Of a DNA stretch of 64,000 bases, positions 41,430-51,800 are shown one piece after another. The position numbers and the translations under genes are program-made. The notes below the pieces were generated by a model. That model saw nothing but the letters and a program-made list of their open reading frames with translations. It was not told where the DNA came from and ran no database searches. The stretch is from an uncultured Nitrososphaeraceae archaeon (GTDB lineage: Archaea > Thermoproteota > Nitrososphaeria > Nitrososphaerales > Nitrososphaeraceae), in assembly GCA_963728595.1 (NCBI GenBank), contig CAVSLF010000007.1, positions 1-64,000 on the forward strand, written 5' to 3'. Position 1 is the stretch's first letter, and every line of letters begins with the position of its first letter.

Positions 41430-41711
41430 CTAGCGTCTTCTTGCAACTATCGTATGTGTCTGATCGACATACCATCTAACCTTGTCCTTAAAACCAGCCC
41501 ACCAGTCCAAAAACATATCGCTAGTCTCCGCTTCAAACAACAAGAAACCGTTATACTCCGTCCCCCAAGCATGATCATACTCTCCAAGTAATTCGATACC
41601 AGCAGGAAGACTATTTTTTAGGTCATGCCATTGCTTGTTAGCCTTCTCCTTTTCTTGGTCATTCATCGATCTAAACCTATAAAACACTAGCATTGTTGAA
41701 GTCATATCCAC
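41430..41711 (-). CDS. Small ferredoxin-like-fold protein (GYD/chlorite-dismutase-like pattern)
   Basis: 93 aa, GIELLGEY...EYNGFLLFEAE alternating beta/alpha pattern. Confidence 0.5.
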   Translation of the reverse strand: MDMTSTMLVFYRFRSMNDQEKEKANKQWHDLKNSLPAGIELLGEYDHAWGTEYNGFLLFEAETSDMFLDWWAGFKDKVRWYVDQTHTIVARRR

Positions 41712-41773
41712 TTATGATTCCGATCTAACGTATTAATCTATCTTCGCAATACGAATTTGAGAGCAGATGAAAA

Positions 41774-42832
41774 CTATGGAGTAATGGGAAAGAGAGGTTT
41801 GATTGATGGATTCAGCATAACGAGTCTATTGTTTATGTCCCGTGGAGAATCGTTACCATAGATTACTAAAATCTCATCTCCCTGTCTTATGACATGATTG
41901 CTTATTGAACTCACTTGATTTCCATTCACAAAGAATTTTAGTTTTGCTTTGTCGTTGCCACAATACTTTGTTCCATTATCAAGGATAAAGCAATCACGAA
42001 TTATGTTCATGCCCAAACTGTTCAAAAAGTGTAAAAAAGGTATATGAGATGCATGTCTATGAATAGTTTTACCGTCACCATTTTCAACGTGAATCAATGG
42101 GATTTGAAGTTGATATTTTTCCTGAGAAAAGTCAACTGTAGAGTTGTTTAGGACTGTCGCAAATGTTGCATGCTGGTGGTCAGAGTTGACGGGACCGTAA
42201 GATTGAGATGTTTGACCATAACCCGCGTTAATAAATTCGATCGAGTTTATCATTTTTTTCGCGATTGGGAGATTCCCTTCAAAATAATCTGAAAGAGCGT
42301 AGTATTGTATGAAATATACTTGACTTCCTCGAATCGTCCCGACTTCAAGTGTCTTTAAGAAACTTGTGGAATTATACCTTTCGCTGTACAAAATTGAGTA
42401 TGCCCGCAATCCGCCGAGTTTATCGTTCATGGACATAGAAAGTAACTTAAATTCGGGAGCATTTTGACTGTACTGATTTATGCTGTTTGCAACGTAATCT
42501 CCAACACTATCAAGACTGCCCAATTTCTCTATTTCAACCACGAAATCACCAAGAAGATCAGCAGGATTGTTGTAGAAATAAACCACCCTTAGGGGGTTTT
42601 CAGATAAATTATCTGCAACTTCAAATTCCCACTGTCTAGGAAATTCAATTCGAATTCCAAAGGTTGAGTTCGCATAGATTACATATTGTAGACTCTCACC
42701 ATCTGATGCAGTGCCGTCTTTATTTTCCTGGGCCCAAGTGGCAAGGTTACTAACTAAAGGAGTGATGGCGATAATAACAGATATTGTCAAAAGGATCGTG
42801 ACAGTAAAACCAAATAGCATTACGAATGGCAT
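41774..42832 (-). CDS. Secreted PsbP-like domain fused to a His-rich C-terminal domain
   Basis: YANSTFGIRIEFPRQWE...KKMINSIEF (PsbP-like), then HQHATF...IHVENGDGKTIHRHA. Confidence 0.65.
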   Translation of the reverse strand: MPFVMLFGFTVTILLTISVIIAITPLVSNLATWAQENKDGTASDGESLQYVIYANSTFGIRIEFPRQWEFEVADNLSENPLRVVYFYNNPADLLGDFVVEIEKLGSLDSVGDYVANSINQYSQNAPEFKLLSMSMNDKLGGLRAYSILYSERYNSTSFLKTLEVGTIRGSQVYFIQYYALSDYFEGNLPIAKKMINSIEFINAGYGQTSQSYGPVNSDHQHATFATVLNNSTVDFSQEKYQLQIPLIHVENGDGKTIHRHASHIPFLHFLNSLGMNIIRDCFILDNGTKYCGNDKAKLKFFVNGNQVSSISNHVIRQGDEILVIYGNDSPRDINNRLVMLNPSIKPLFPITP

Positions 42833-43017
42833 ACTATTGACCTATGCCAAAAGCCTCCTACTTAAGTTGTGGCACTAATTTGTTTTAATTTGCCATATAC
42901 AATCTTCATGGTTGAAGATTTTTAGTAATTTTCTGCTAGATCAAAGGGTAGAGAGTATATCTATCGAACTTCAATTAGACAAGAGATAAGTAAGAGTTGA
43001 GGTCTAAGTTGATTTGA

Positions 43018-43632
43018 TTGGACAGTCGTGGCTATTATGCTATCCTTGAAGTATCTGAAAGGGCAAGCTTTCAAGAAATTAAACGGTCATATAGAAAACT
43101 AGCCAGGAAATATCATCCTGATAGGAATTACGCTTCAGAGGCTGAAGAAACTATTAAAAAAATCAATCAAGCATTTGAAGTCCTTTCAAACAGAGAGAAG
43201 CGACGTCAGTACGATTCCGATATTCTTCTTACTGAGATCGTGCCTAATGAACAAGAACAAACACCGAATGACCTTTACGAATCGTCATCAAGAGGTTCTC
43301 AAAATTCGAGTTCAGGTTCTTTCAAACAACCAAATGCATTTTGGAGCAAAGCACGCAATGATACTACGAATAACACCAAAACGATGTTGGATACTCCGAG
43401 AAGCCGATTTCATATTACCATCGAACCCAGTTTATGTCTGGCCTTTGGTGGTTGTGAATCGATCGCCCCTCGCGTATTTGTGGTAGATAAAAATAAACGC
43501 ATAAATCCGAAAGCAAAGGTAGAGTCAGAGACAGGTGACAATTTAGAAAGAATACTGCTTGCAGCTCAAGCCTGTCCGACAAAAGCTATCAAGATAATAG
43601 ATAGATTTACAGGTGATCAGCTATATCCTTGA
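43018..43632 (+). CDS. DnaJ-ferredoxin fusion protein
   Basis: J-domain with HPD, C-terminal CLAFGGC...[10 protein letters not shown] ferredoxin. Confidence 0.92.
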   Translation: MDSRGYYAILEVSERASFQEIKRSYRKLARKYHPDRNYASEAEETIKKINQAFEVLSNREKRRQYDSDILLTEIVPNEQEQTPNDLYESSSRGSQNSSSGSFKQPNAFWSKARNDTTNNTKTMLDTPRSRFHITIEPSLCLAFGGCESIAPRVFVVDKNKRINPKAKVESETGDNLERILLAAQACPTKAIKIIDRFTGDQLYP

Positions 43633-43692
43633 CAAATATAGATAAAATGTGTCCAACGTAATTATCTTGACTCGGGTCTTGACGCCAACAAA

Positions 43693-44118
43693 TTAGTGAG
43701 GAAACAATCTCATATGTTCTGCCATCATACATCTATTATAGACTACATCAATCCCATTCTCTAGAGCAAGTTTCTCAGCTTTTATATTGTGGATCCCCTC
43801 TTGCAACCATATTACTCGAATTCCCACTTTTCGAATGACATCTTGTACTACTTGATAAACATCTTCTGATTTTCTGAATACATCCACGACATCCACTTTA
43901 TCCTCTATGTCTGAAACTTTTTGAAAGCTTCTCCTTTCTAGAATTGTCGATGCAGTTGGATTGACGGGAATTACGGTGTAACCGTGTTCAATAAGATATC
44001 TTGGCACATAATGAGACGGCTTTTCTTGGTTCTTTGACATTCCAACTATTGCAATATTCTTGAGGTGATAGATTGCCTTTATCTGTTCGTCAGTGTGTCT
44101 ATCAGTTCCTTCATCCAT
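43693..44118 (-). CDS. CoA-binding protein (YccU-like)
   Basis: NIAIVGMS, VIPVNP, DVVDVFR, IWLQEGI, NRCMM; start taken at ATG 44118. Confidence 0.9.
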   Translation of the reverse strand: MDEGTDRHTDEQIKAIYHLKNIAIVGMSKNQEKPSHYVPRYLIEHGYTVIPVNPTASTILERRSFQKVSDIEDKVDVVDVFRKSEDVYQVVQDVIRKVGIRVIWLQEGIHNIKAEKLALENGIDVVYNRCMMAEHMRLFPH

Positions 44119-44365
44119 TGAACATCTACGCATACATGCAATAATAGTGTACCGAGGCACAACAGCCCTCAGTAGTGTAACACCAAGTAAATATCTAGCC
44201 GCCGTTGCAATTATCTCCTAGCTCACATTTAGTCTGTCAGCACATCGTACGACGACAGATTCTCTTTTTCTGTAAAGTTAGGACAAAAATTATGTGTCCA
44301 AACTTTGCAGTCGTTGGTAAATTATCGTTAGTTAGTATTTATATTGAATTACACCATGGCAAGTT

Positions 44366-44470
44366 GTGCCGAAGATAAACAAAAAAACACATGCATACAG
44401 TGCTCAAAGGTATGAGAGCAAAAAAATTGAAAAAGCAAGGCGACGCAAACGAAATGTGCCAAGAGTGTGA
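44366..44470 (+). CDS. Very basic 34-aa protein (below ORF-track cutoff)
   Basis: GTG start, MPKINKKTHAYSAQRYESKKIEKARRRKRNVPRV (13 of 34 K/R); TTTATAT ~22 nt upstream. Confidence 0.6.
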   Translation: MPKINKKTHAYSAQRYESKKIEKARRRKRNVPRV

Positions 44471-44683
44471 CTTTGTGTTTGAATTATGCGTTAATCCTGA
44501 ACGATTCTGTGAAATTCTTAAAATATATATTAAAGTAGAAAATTTTATAATTTTAGGGTGCCATTCTATAAGATTTTACAGACATATATCAGTAGTTAAA
44601 AAACTTTTAGGACAATACCTATATATTAGAATAAACTATATATATTAGTAGCCCAATGTTTGGAATTTCTATGGTGAATAAGG

Positions 44684-45600
44684 CTGGTTAAAGACATTTC
44701 TTTATTCACGGATCGTTGTCCTCGCTGTGGAAAAGGACCAATGGTAACAGATAACTCTAGTGGAGAAATGTTTTGTGGAAATTGCGGATTTGTCATAACT
44801 GAGAGAATTGAAGAAACAGGACCTGAATGGAGAGCTTTTTCAAAAGAAGAACACGAGGATAGGAGTAGAGCAGGCATTCCAACATCCCTTGCTATGCACG
44901 ATATGGGTTTGGCTACAATAATAGGACCTATCGACAAAGACGCCTCAGGTAAACCGTTATCGGCCTCAATGAAAAGTACAATAGAACGTTTGAGAACATG
45001 GGATAGTAGAAGCCAGGTTCATGAACCCGTTGACAGGAATTTTAGACAGGCTTTCAGTGAGCTGGATAGATTAAAGGATAAGCTTGCCGTTGGAGATGCT
45101 GTTATTGAGAAAGCAGCTTATGTTTACAGGAAGGCATTAGAAAAGGGCCTTGTAAGAGGAAGATCCATATCAGCCTTAGTGGCAGGCTGCGTTATATGCG
45201 AGCTTGTAGAGATACCGAAACTCCAAGAACATTGAAAGACATTGCAAATGCGAGTAATATCAAGAAAAAGGATGTGGCAAGATGTTACCGGCTTCTTATA
45301 AGAGAACTTGATCTGAAGATGCCAGTAGTCGATCCTGTAAAATGTGTTGCAAGAATAGCAAGTAAAGCTGGTTTGTCGGAAAAAACCAAGAGAAAGGCTC
45401 TTGAAATTCTCAAGAAGGCAGAAGAAGGAAAGATTTCTGCTGGCAAGGATCCGATGGGTTTAGCCGCAGCGGCGTTGTACGTTGCTTGTGTCATGAACGG
45501 TGAGAATAAAACCCAAAAGGATGTTGCCGAGGCAGCAGGGGTAACAGAAGTAACTATCAGAAACAGGTACAAAGGGCTTAAACTTCACTTAAAACTTTAG
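44684..45600 (+). CDS. tfb: Transcription initiation factor IIB, apparent CTG start, two 1-nt insertions near 45186-45201
   Basis: Zn ribbon CPRC...CGNC, GPEWRAF, two cyclin repeats (KGLVRGRSI, GKDPMGLAAAALY, VTEVTIRNRYK). Confidence 0.95.
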
Positions 45601-45827
45601 TGGTCCTTGAAAACTTACCTATATTTTTTGAACCGTCGATAACTTGCGCTGGACTGAAGTCCAACGATTCGACAGTATCACTTTAAGCAATCGGCAGTAT
45701 TTAATCAGATAGCGATATGTTTCTAATTATAAAGACCGACATTTTTCGTTTAAATATTGAAGAACTAGTATTCTATTTTTTGCTGTCTATAGCAACACAG
45801 AATAAAGCAAGTTGCAGGTGTGCATTG

Positions 45828-46136
45828 TCACTGAACTTCGATAGTGGGTTCAGTGAAACCCATCTTGACGAGATATTCTTTTACATCGTGCCTGTGATCA
45901 CCTTGAAGCAAGATAAATCCATCTTTAGCTGTACCACCGCAAGCCAGTTTACTCTTAAGCTCTTTTGCAATATTATGAATGTCACTCAACTTTGGATCTA
46001 TTCCCTCGATGATAGTTGTTGTCTTTGAAAATCTTCTTTTCTCAAGCCTGACAACAATTCTAGTTTCTTCTTTATCAAGTTCACCGCATGCACAAAGGTC
46101 GTCTGGAAGGCCACATTTTTTGCATACCACAGCCAT
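45828..46136 (-). CDS. sui1: Translation initiation factor aIF1 (SUI1)
   Basis: CKKCGLPDDLCAC, ELKSKLACGGT, LQGDHR. Confidence 0.95.
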   Translation of the reverse strand: MAVVCKKCGLPDDLCACGELDKEETRIVVRLEKRRFSKTTTIIEGIDPKLSDIHNIAKELKSKLACGGTAKDGFILLQGDHRHDVKEYLVKMGFTEPTIEVQ

Positions 46137-46318
46137 CTTTTTGTTAGTCTTGTTTCTTTTTTCCTATTATTAAGCATTGCCCGGTGCAAGTTGTTCAAGT
46201 GCTCAGTCTCACAAACTATTTCTAGAAATAACGCTGCCATGAATAAACTGATAATGCGGTCAATTTTTTGTTAATGCTAACTATTAAAATATTCTTTGAA
46301 CAATAATTATAGTAGTAA

Positions 46319-46660
46319 ATGTACAAGATTCATTTGCCTTCAATTGAAGATTTAAGCAGAATGAATAAGGGGCAACGACTTAATATCATAAGAAAATTTC
46401 TTGCGACCGCAAGGCATAACAGATTGATTGTACATCAAGAATTAGTAAGGAGTACATTTGAATTGCCCCTTAGACCCCATCTTGGTACTCTTAGTCAGAT
46501 TCAAATTAGCAGTTTTTATGAATTTGTGGACATTTTCGCAAAGAATGGTTATCAGGACGAACTGTTGGAAGCAATAAATGAAGAGACCATTGCATTAGAA
46601 AAGATAATTTCTGCATATGAAAAAAGGATGGATGTAAACATATCCGATCAATCTAATTGA
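46319..46660 (+). CDS. Hypothetical protein
   Basis: 113-aa ORF, co-oriented with the downstream housekeeping genes. Confidence 0.55.
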   Translation: MYKIHLPSIEDLSRMNKGQRLNIIRKFLATARHNRLIVHQELVRSTFELPLRPHLGTLSQIQISSFYEFVDIFAKNGYQDELLEAINEETIALEKIISAYEKRMDVNISDQSN

Positions 46661-46692
46661 ATATATGATTGTAGGTGCTAATAACATGATGA

Positions 46693-47124
46693 ATGTCTTT
46701 TGAAGAAAACGATGGAAACAAAAAGCTTGGAATCAGATCGGCCGCCGACCTTCTAACAAGAGGAGGAACTCTCGTTCGTGAACCCTGTGAGAGTTGCAAT
46801 GGAGTTCAGATCCAATTCGGGAGTAAATTAACCTGCATAAATTGTGGTAATACCAGGGATGTCGAAAAGAGAAATGACACTATTTCAAGGAGTACAAATG
46901 ATTATGATAAAGAGAAATACCGTCCGATAAACGATGCTAATTCCAAGTTAATAAGGAACACCTATGAGAATGAGTTGCACGATAGGCTTGGTGCGTCGGT
47001 GAAGGAAAGAATCTTGGATTTGATTCCAGATTCAAAAATTAACAAATCTATATCTGAAGAATTGACCAGGGCACAATTGATAGAAATTTATTTGCGAATC
47101 CTAGAGAGAGTTGAAAAGATTTGA
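46693..47124 (+). CDS. UPF0148 / autoantigen-p27-like zinc-finger protein
   Basis: AADLLTRGGTLVREPCESC...CINCG. Confidence 0.8.
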   Translation: MSFEENDGNKKLGIRSAADLLTRGGTLVREPCESCNGVQIQFGSKLTCINCGNTRDVEKRNDTISRSTNDYDKEKYRPINDANSKLIRNTYENELHDRLGASVKERILDLIPDSKINKSISEELTRAQLIEIYLRILERVEKI

Positions 47125-47181
47125 CGGAATTTGATTGAAAACGGAATGTATTTAAGGCATACAGACAGTCCCTATCGTAAG

Positions 47182-47352
47182 ATGGGCGAAGGAAAGAAGA
47201 AGAATGCACCACTGCCGGCCTCCAGTGCAGGCTTGTTAAGGTTCTTTGAGGACGAAACCAGGGGTGTAAAAGTCAAACCAGAGATTATACTTGGAGTAAC
47301 AGGTGCACTCATAGGTATCTCCATCATCATTAGAATTATATTTCCAGTGTAA
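47182..47352 (+). CDS. secG: Preprotein translocase subunit Sec61-beta/SecG
   Basis: SSAGLLRFFEDE...KVKPE followed by a C-terminal TM helix. Confidence 0.92.
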   Translation: MGEGKKKNAPLPASSAGLLRFFEDETRGVKVKPEIILGVTGALIGISIIIRIIFPV

Positions 47353-47360
47353 AATGACCA

Positions 47361-49121
47361 TTGAATGCTGTACGCGAAGTAGATAGCGTAAGTAGTATAC
47401 ATAAGCGTTGGTTTTTTACCCTAATTAATCCTTCATCTTACAAAACTTCACTTATTGTTTATGAACTAACTACGGCTATCATCGTCTGTATACACCAGTT
47501 ACTAACACCCGATAATGCCCTTGCATTTGGCATTGACATTGCCTTAGCTATAAGCGTGGTTTCGACTGGCATTTTTCTAGATTATGTTCTTTTGCGCGGA
47601 ACACCAGTAAATAAGATTTCCAAGGTTATCCATGTTTCGGCATTTGCAAACTTACTATGGGTTATGACAATAATTTTTGGAATGGTAACGAACTTAATCT
47701 TGGCAAAAACTACTGATATATCATCTTATATTATTGCAGGTATGTTCATGGCCATAGGGCTTCGGTATGGAATTTTTATATCAGTATTTGGGGCAGGAAC
47801 TTTCAGATCAATCGGTGTGGCTGTATTCATTCCCTTAATCTTTCTAATAATTATTTTACCATATTCTGCATTTAAGCTAAGCTACTTACTTAATACTATT
47901 TTAGGGATTATCATTATATCAATAGGTATCATTTGGTCGTTTTTTGCTGACAGATCTGGAAGACCAGAGGTAAAAAGTACTTTTGAAATACTACAAGCAT
48001 TCCTCTCGGCTTGGACTGACAATAGGCAGGAACGTATGGAAAGAATATTTGAATCAAGAGCATCTACTAATGAAGTGTCGACCCAGTTACTAGTTTTCAA
48101 GAGTCCGGGGGAAAAAGATATCTTTCTCATCCTACCAGAAGTGCATCCAGGGCCTTTTAGTGCCATTGGAGGAAGCAACCTCCCCTATCGGTTGTTTAAT
48201 TTTTTTCAGAAAAGAGCAATCATCTTTCATAGCATTTCTGATCACTCTCTAAACTTACCATCCAGTTCGGAGGTAGAAAAATACCTGGAGACAATGAAAT
48301 ATTCTGAATTAAAAAATGATGATGAATATTGTAGTCCACCGATCCAAATCAATACTCCAAAATTCACCATTACGGGGATTGCATTCTCAGCATTTGCCCT
48401 TATACTTGTGTCAAAAAATACTGGAATGGAAGATTTGCCATTTTCCTTCCGATCATTACTAGAAGATAAACTCACTGAGTTAGGGTTTAGCGGACTTTTT
48501 CTAGTTGATGCACACAATGGGATTGGTGAAAAAATCACTTTCGATGAGGAAAAGGTTCTTGAGGAATTGACAATCAACTGTTTGAGTCAACTGAAGACGA
48601 AAGAGCGTTACAACTTCAAAATATCTTATACAAATACCTGGAGCGGTTATTCCGGTATTGACAATGCTGAAGATATTGGTGAATCAGGGCTTGGGGTCGT
48701 TGGATTTGACATTGATGGTAAGCACTATGTCATAGGATGGGCAGACTCTAACAACCTATCCTCTGGACTTAGGGATAAAATTCTTCGTCGAGCCCGCCAT
48801 GAGGGTATTAACATGTTGGAAATAATTTCTTCCGATACACATTCCACTTCGGGCAAAAGAACAAGACAGGGGTATTACTCACTTGGGGACGTGACGAATC
48901 ATAATTTGATATCAAACATATTTCTGGATTTATCAGAAAAATCACAAAAACATTCTCACCCTTCACGGTGTCAGGTGTTTCGTATAATATCCAAAGTAAA
49001 ACTCATGGGGCAGGATCAATTTAATCGATATTCCAAAGCCCTGGACAAATCCATGAAAATATCCAAGGTGTCCTTAGCTCTTACTGCCATTCTCTACATA
49101 GTAATGCTTGTTTTGATTTGA
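47361..49121 (+). CDS. DUF2070 family membrane protein
   Basis: Multi-TM N-terminus; VHPGPF, GGSNLP, VDAHN, DSNN, SDTH motifs. Confidence 0.85.
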   Translation: MNAVREVDSVSSIHKRWFFTLINPSSYKTSLIVYELTTAIIVCIHQLLTPDNALAFGIDIALAISVVSTGIFLDYVLLRGTPVNKISKVIHVSAFANLLWVMTIIFGMVTNLILAKTTDISSYIIAGMFMAIGLRYGIFISVFGAGTFRSIGVAVFIPLIFLIIILPYSAFKLSYLLNTILGIIIISIGIIWSFFADRSGRPEVKSTFEILQAFLSAWTDNRQERMERIFESRASTNEVSTQLLVFKSPGEKDIFLILPEVHPGPFSAIGGSNLPYRLFNFFQKRAIIFHSISDHSLNLPSSSEVEKYLETMKYSELKNDDEYCSPPIQINTPKFTITGIAFSAFALILVSKNTGMEDLPFSFRSLLEDKLTELGFSGLFLVDAHNGIGEKITFDEEKVLEELTINCLSQLKTKERYNFKISYTNTWSGYSGIDNAEDIGESGLGVVGFDIDGKHYVIGWADSNNLSSGLRDKILRRARHEGINMLEIISSDTHSTSGKRTRQGYYSLGDVTNHNLISNIFLDLSEKSQKHSHPSRCQVFRIISKVKLMGQDQFNRYSKALDKSMKISKVSLALTAILYIVMLVLI

Positions 49122-49228
49122 TACTCTGAACTGGTAAAAATGATTTATCAATTGTACATGGTTCAGGTTGACGGAAAATTCGTAGGTTATTGAGCCATTT
49201 TCTTCTGACTGTTCCATCAAGCCAAAAA

Positions 49229-49777
49229 TTATTTTTCAACTAGAGCCCTATGTAGTTTCCGGTACTTTGAGGGACCGTACCTCTCCAGTTTACTTGATTT
49301 TTCAACAACGCTTGAATGAAGTGATTTTTTGTATTCCTCTATCATAAATTGGATATTTTTTGAATTCAATCCAAGAATCTGACATGCGAGTATTGCTGCA
49401 TTTAGGCCTCCATTTATTGCCACACAGGCTACTGGTATGCCTGGTGGCATTTGCACAATGGATAAAAGTGAATCAAGCCCACTTAGAGTTTTAGTATGTA
49501 TTGGCACACCTACCACAGGTAATGTTGTGAGAGAGGCTACCATGCCAGGCAAATGGGCCGAGCCTCCCGCACCGGCAATTATCACACGCAACCCTTTCTT
49601 CCGTGCATCTTTGGCATATCGAACCATCACATCAGGAGTTCTGTGTGCAGATACAATCTTTATTTCAGCAGAGATATCGTTATCTTTGAGAAACTTGAAT
49701 GCCTCCTGCATTACTTCGAGGTCAGAATCACTTCCCATTATTATTCCCACTAGTGGCCTAGCCAATTGTGTTACCAT
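49229..49777 (-). CDS. purE: N5-CAIR mutase
   Basis: GIIMGSDSD, VSAHRTP, AGAGGSAHLPG, SIVQMPPGIPVA. Confidence 0.96.
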   Translation of the reverse strand: MVTQLARPLVGIIMGSDSDLEVMQEAFKFLKDNDISAEIKIVSAHRTPDVMVRYAKDARKKGLRVIIAGAGGSAHLPGMVASLTTLPVVGVPIHTKTLSGLDSLLSIVQMPPGIPVACVAINGGLNAAILACQILGLNSKNIQFMIEEYKKSLHSSVVEKSSKLERYGPSKYRKLHRALVEK

Positions 49778-50940
49778 GCTTATCACTTTCCACAATTAAT
49801 GCTTTCCTTGCTCTTTCAGCTTTTGCTAATGCCTCCTCTATCGACTCGGAAGTTATCGTCATATGACCTAATTTTCTTTGAGGTTTAGTAACCATTTTTC
49901 CGTAAAAATGTAGTTTCAGCCCGGGGATTTCTAGGGCATCCTTGATTCCACTGAAGATGTATGGACCGGAGTACCCGTCTATTCCCAAAATATTTATCAT
50001 TACCGCCGGAGATAATAATCGGGGTTCAGTCAAAGGCAAACCGAGTATTGCTCTAATGTGTTGTTCAAATTGAGAAATTGAGCATGCCTCAATCGAATAG
50101 TGACCAGAATTGTGTGGCCGCGGTGCAATTTCATTAATTAAAATCTCTCCGTCATTTTTGAGAAACATCTCCACCCCAAATATTCCTGCACCATTAAGGG
50201 ACTGTACTGCTCTCTCTGCAGATTCTTTCGCTTTCTTCACCACCGGGGCAGAAATACGAGCAGGTGCTATAGTTGTATTCAAAATGTTCCTGTCGTGGAT
50301 ATTCTCAACAACAGGAAATGATTCAGTCTGTCCCATTGTATTCCTAGCTACCATTACTGAGATTTCCTTACTAAAAGGCACAAACCTTTCTACCATACAT
50401 GCCCTGCCAAGAAAATGTCTCAACCCTTCCTCAATATCTTCTTCAGAACGGATAAGTAAATTTCCCCTCCCATCATACGAATCCTCACATGCCTTAAACA
50501 ACAACGGATAACCAAATTCTGAGCACGTACTCTGCAATTGATCTCTGGACGTTATTGATTCAAAATCAGGCAAAGGAATTCCTTTCGCCTTAAGAAACTG
50601 CTTCTGTTTTAACTTGTTTTGTATAATATTTAAAGTTCGTGGTGCAGGATGTACAGGATAATTATGCGATTCCAAATCTTCCAAAACTTGAGAATTAGCA
50701 AGTTCAATTTCATATGTTAACACATCTGAAATCCTTGCCAATTTCCTAATTGACTGCTCGTCTTTAAAGTCGCTAACAATTAGATTGTCTGCTAATGTGG
50801 ATGCAGGACAATGTTCGTCAGGATCTAATATCGCAAGCTTCATGAACATTCTTTTTGCTTCAAAGGCCAGCATTTTGCCTAATTGTCCACCACCAATAAT
50901 TCCTAATGTCAGTCCGTTTGTGCTCGAAAAGCTTATCCAC
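49758..50940 (-). CDS. purK: N5-CAIR synthetase (ATP-grasp); true start upstream of the ORF call
   Basis: In-frame TLGIIGGGQLGKM upstream of 50873; YDGRGN, NEIAPRPHNSGH, SQFEQH, RKLGH; 5' end approximate. Confidence 0.93.
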
Positions 50941-51037
50941 AGCAGAAAATGACGACAACAAGTGCGATACTACAGCATAATAAATTAAAAGTATCGAGTG
51001 TTTTAAACTTTAAATGGACATTTAACGACTGATTAAC

Positions 51038-51793
51038 ATGAGTCTAAGAGGAAAAGTTGCTATTGTAACTGGCGCAGGCGGAGGTGTTGGAAAAGCTACA
51101 ACAAAAAGGCTGGCACAAGAAGGTTGTAGGGTAGTCCTCATAGGACGAGACCGATCAAAACTTGCAAAGGTGGCAGCTGAAATTAAAGACAGCAAAAACA
51201 TACTGCCAATAAGCGCGGATATAACTGAAGAAGCAGAAGTGTTGAGCGCAGTTGAACAGACTATCGCTGCATTTGACACTGTAGACATCCTTGTGAATAA
51301 TGCTGGAGTTTTAAACGATCCTACTCCGTTCCATATGATGACAGAAGAACAATGGAACTCATTATTGTCGACAAACCTTATAGGTACATTTCAAACTACC
51401 AAAGCAATATTGCCAATAATGATTCAAAAGATGAGTGGAAATATTATAAACATCTCGTCACTTCTTGGCGTCCGTGCCATACCGAATGTGCCACTCTCAG
51501 TTTATGGAGTAACAAAAGCAGGAGTCATTATGCTTACGAAGAGCATTGCCGTTGAATACGGTCCTTATAACATACGATGTAATTGTATTGTCCCCTCAAC
51601 TATAAGGAGTCCAATAATTGAGCCGTATCTTCAAGATGAAAAAGCTAGATCAGTATTGGAATCCTCATTCCCCCTGCGAAGAATAGGCAATCCTGAAGAT
51701 ATATCCGGTGCTGTTAGTTATTTGTGCAGCGAAGATTCGAATTGGATTACTGGGACAACCTTAACTATTGATGGGGGACTATCAGCACGATAG
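51038..51793 (+). CDS. Short-chain dehydrogenase/reductase (FabG-like)
   Basis: TGAGGGVG, NNAG, YGVTK, IDGG. Confidence 0.92.
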   Translation: MSLRGKVAIVTGAGGGVGKATTKRLAQEGCRVVLIGRDRSKLAKVAAEIKDSKNILPISADITEEAEVLSAVEQTIAAFDTVDILVNNAGVLNDPTPFHMMTEEQWNSLLSTNLIGTFQTTKAILPIMIQKMSGNIINISSLLGVRAIPNVPLSVYGVTKAGVIMLTKSIAVEYGPYNIRCNCIVPSTIRSPIIEPYLQDEKARSVLESSFPLRRIGNPEDISGAVSYLCSEDSNWITGTTLTIDGGLSAR

Positions 51794-51800
51794 AATTTGG

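Noticed and set aside
44391..44648. 85-aa ORF with CQEC upstream of tfb
   Set aside because: Overlaps the better-supported 34-aa basic ORF in another frame and runs through AT-rich promoter sequence
45180..45205. Programmed frameshifting in tfb (and in glmS or purL)
   Set aside because: No slippery heptamer or stimulatory structure; two separate insertions within ~15 nt are better explained as sequencing error
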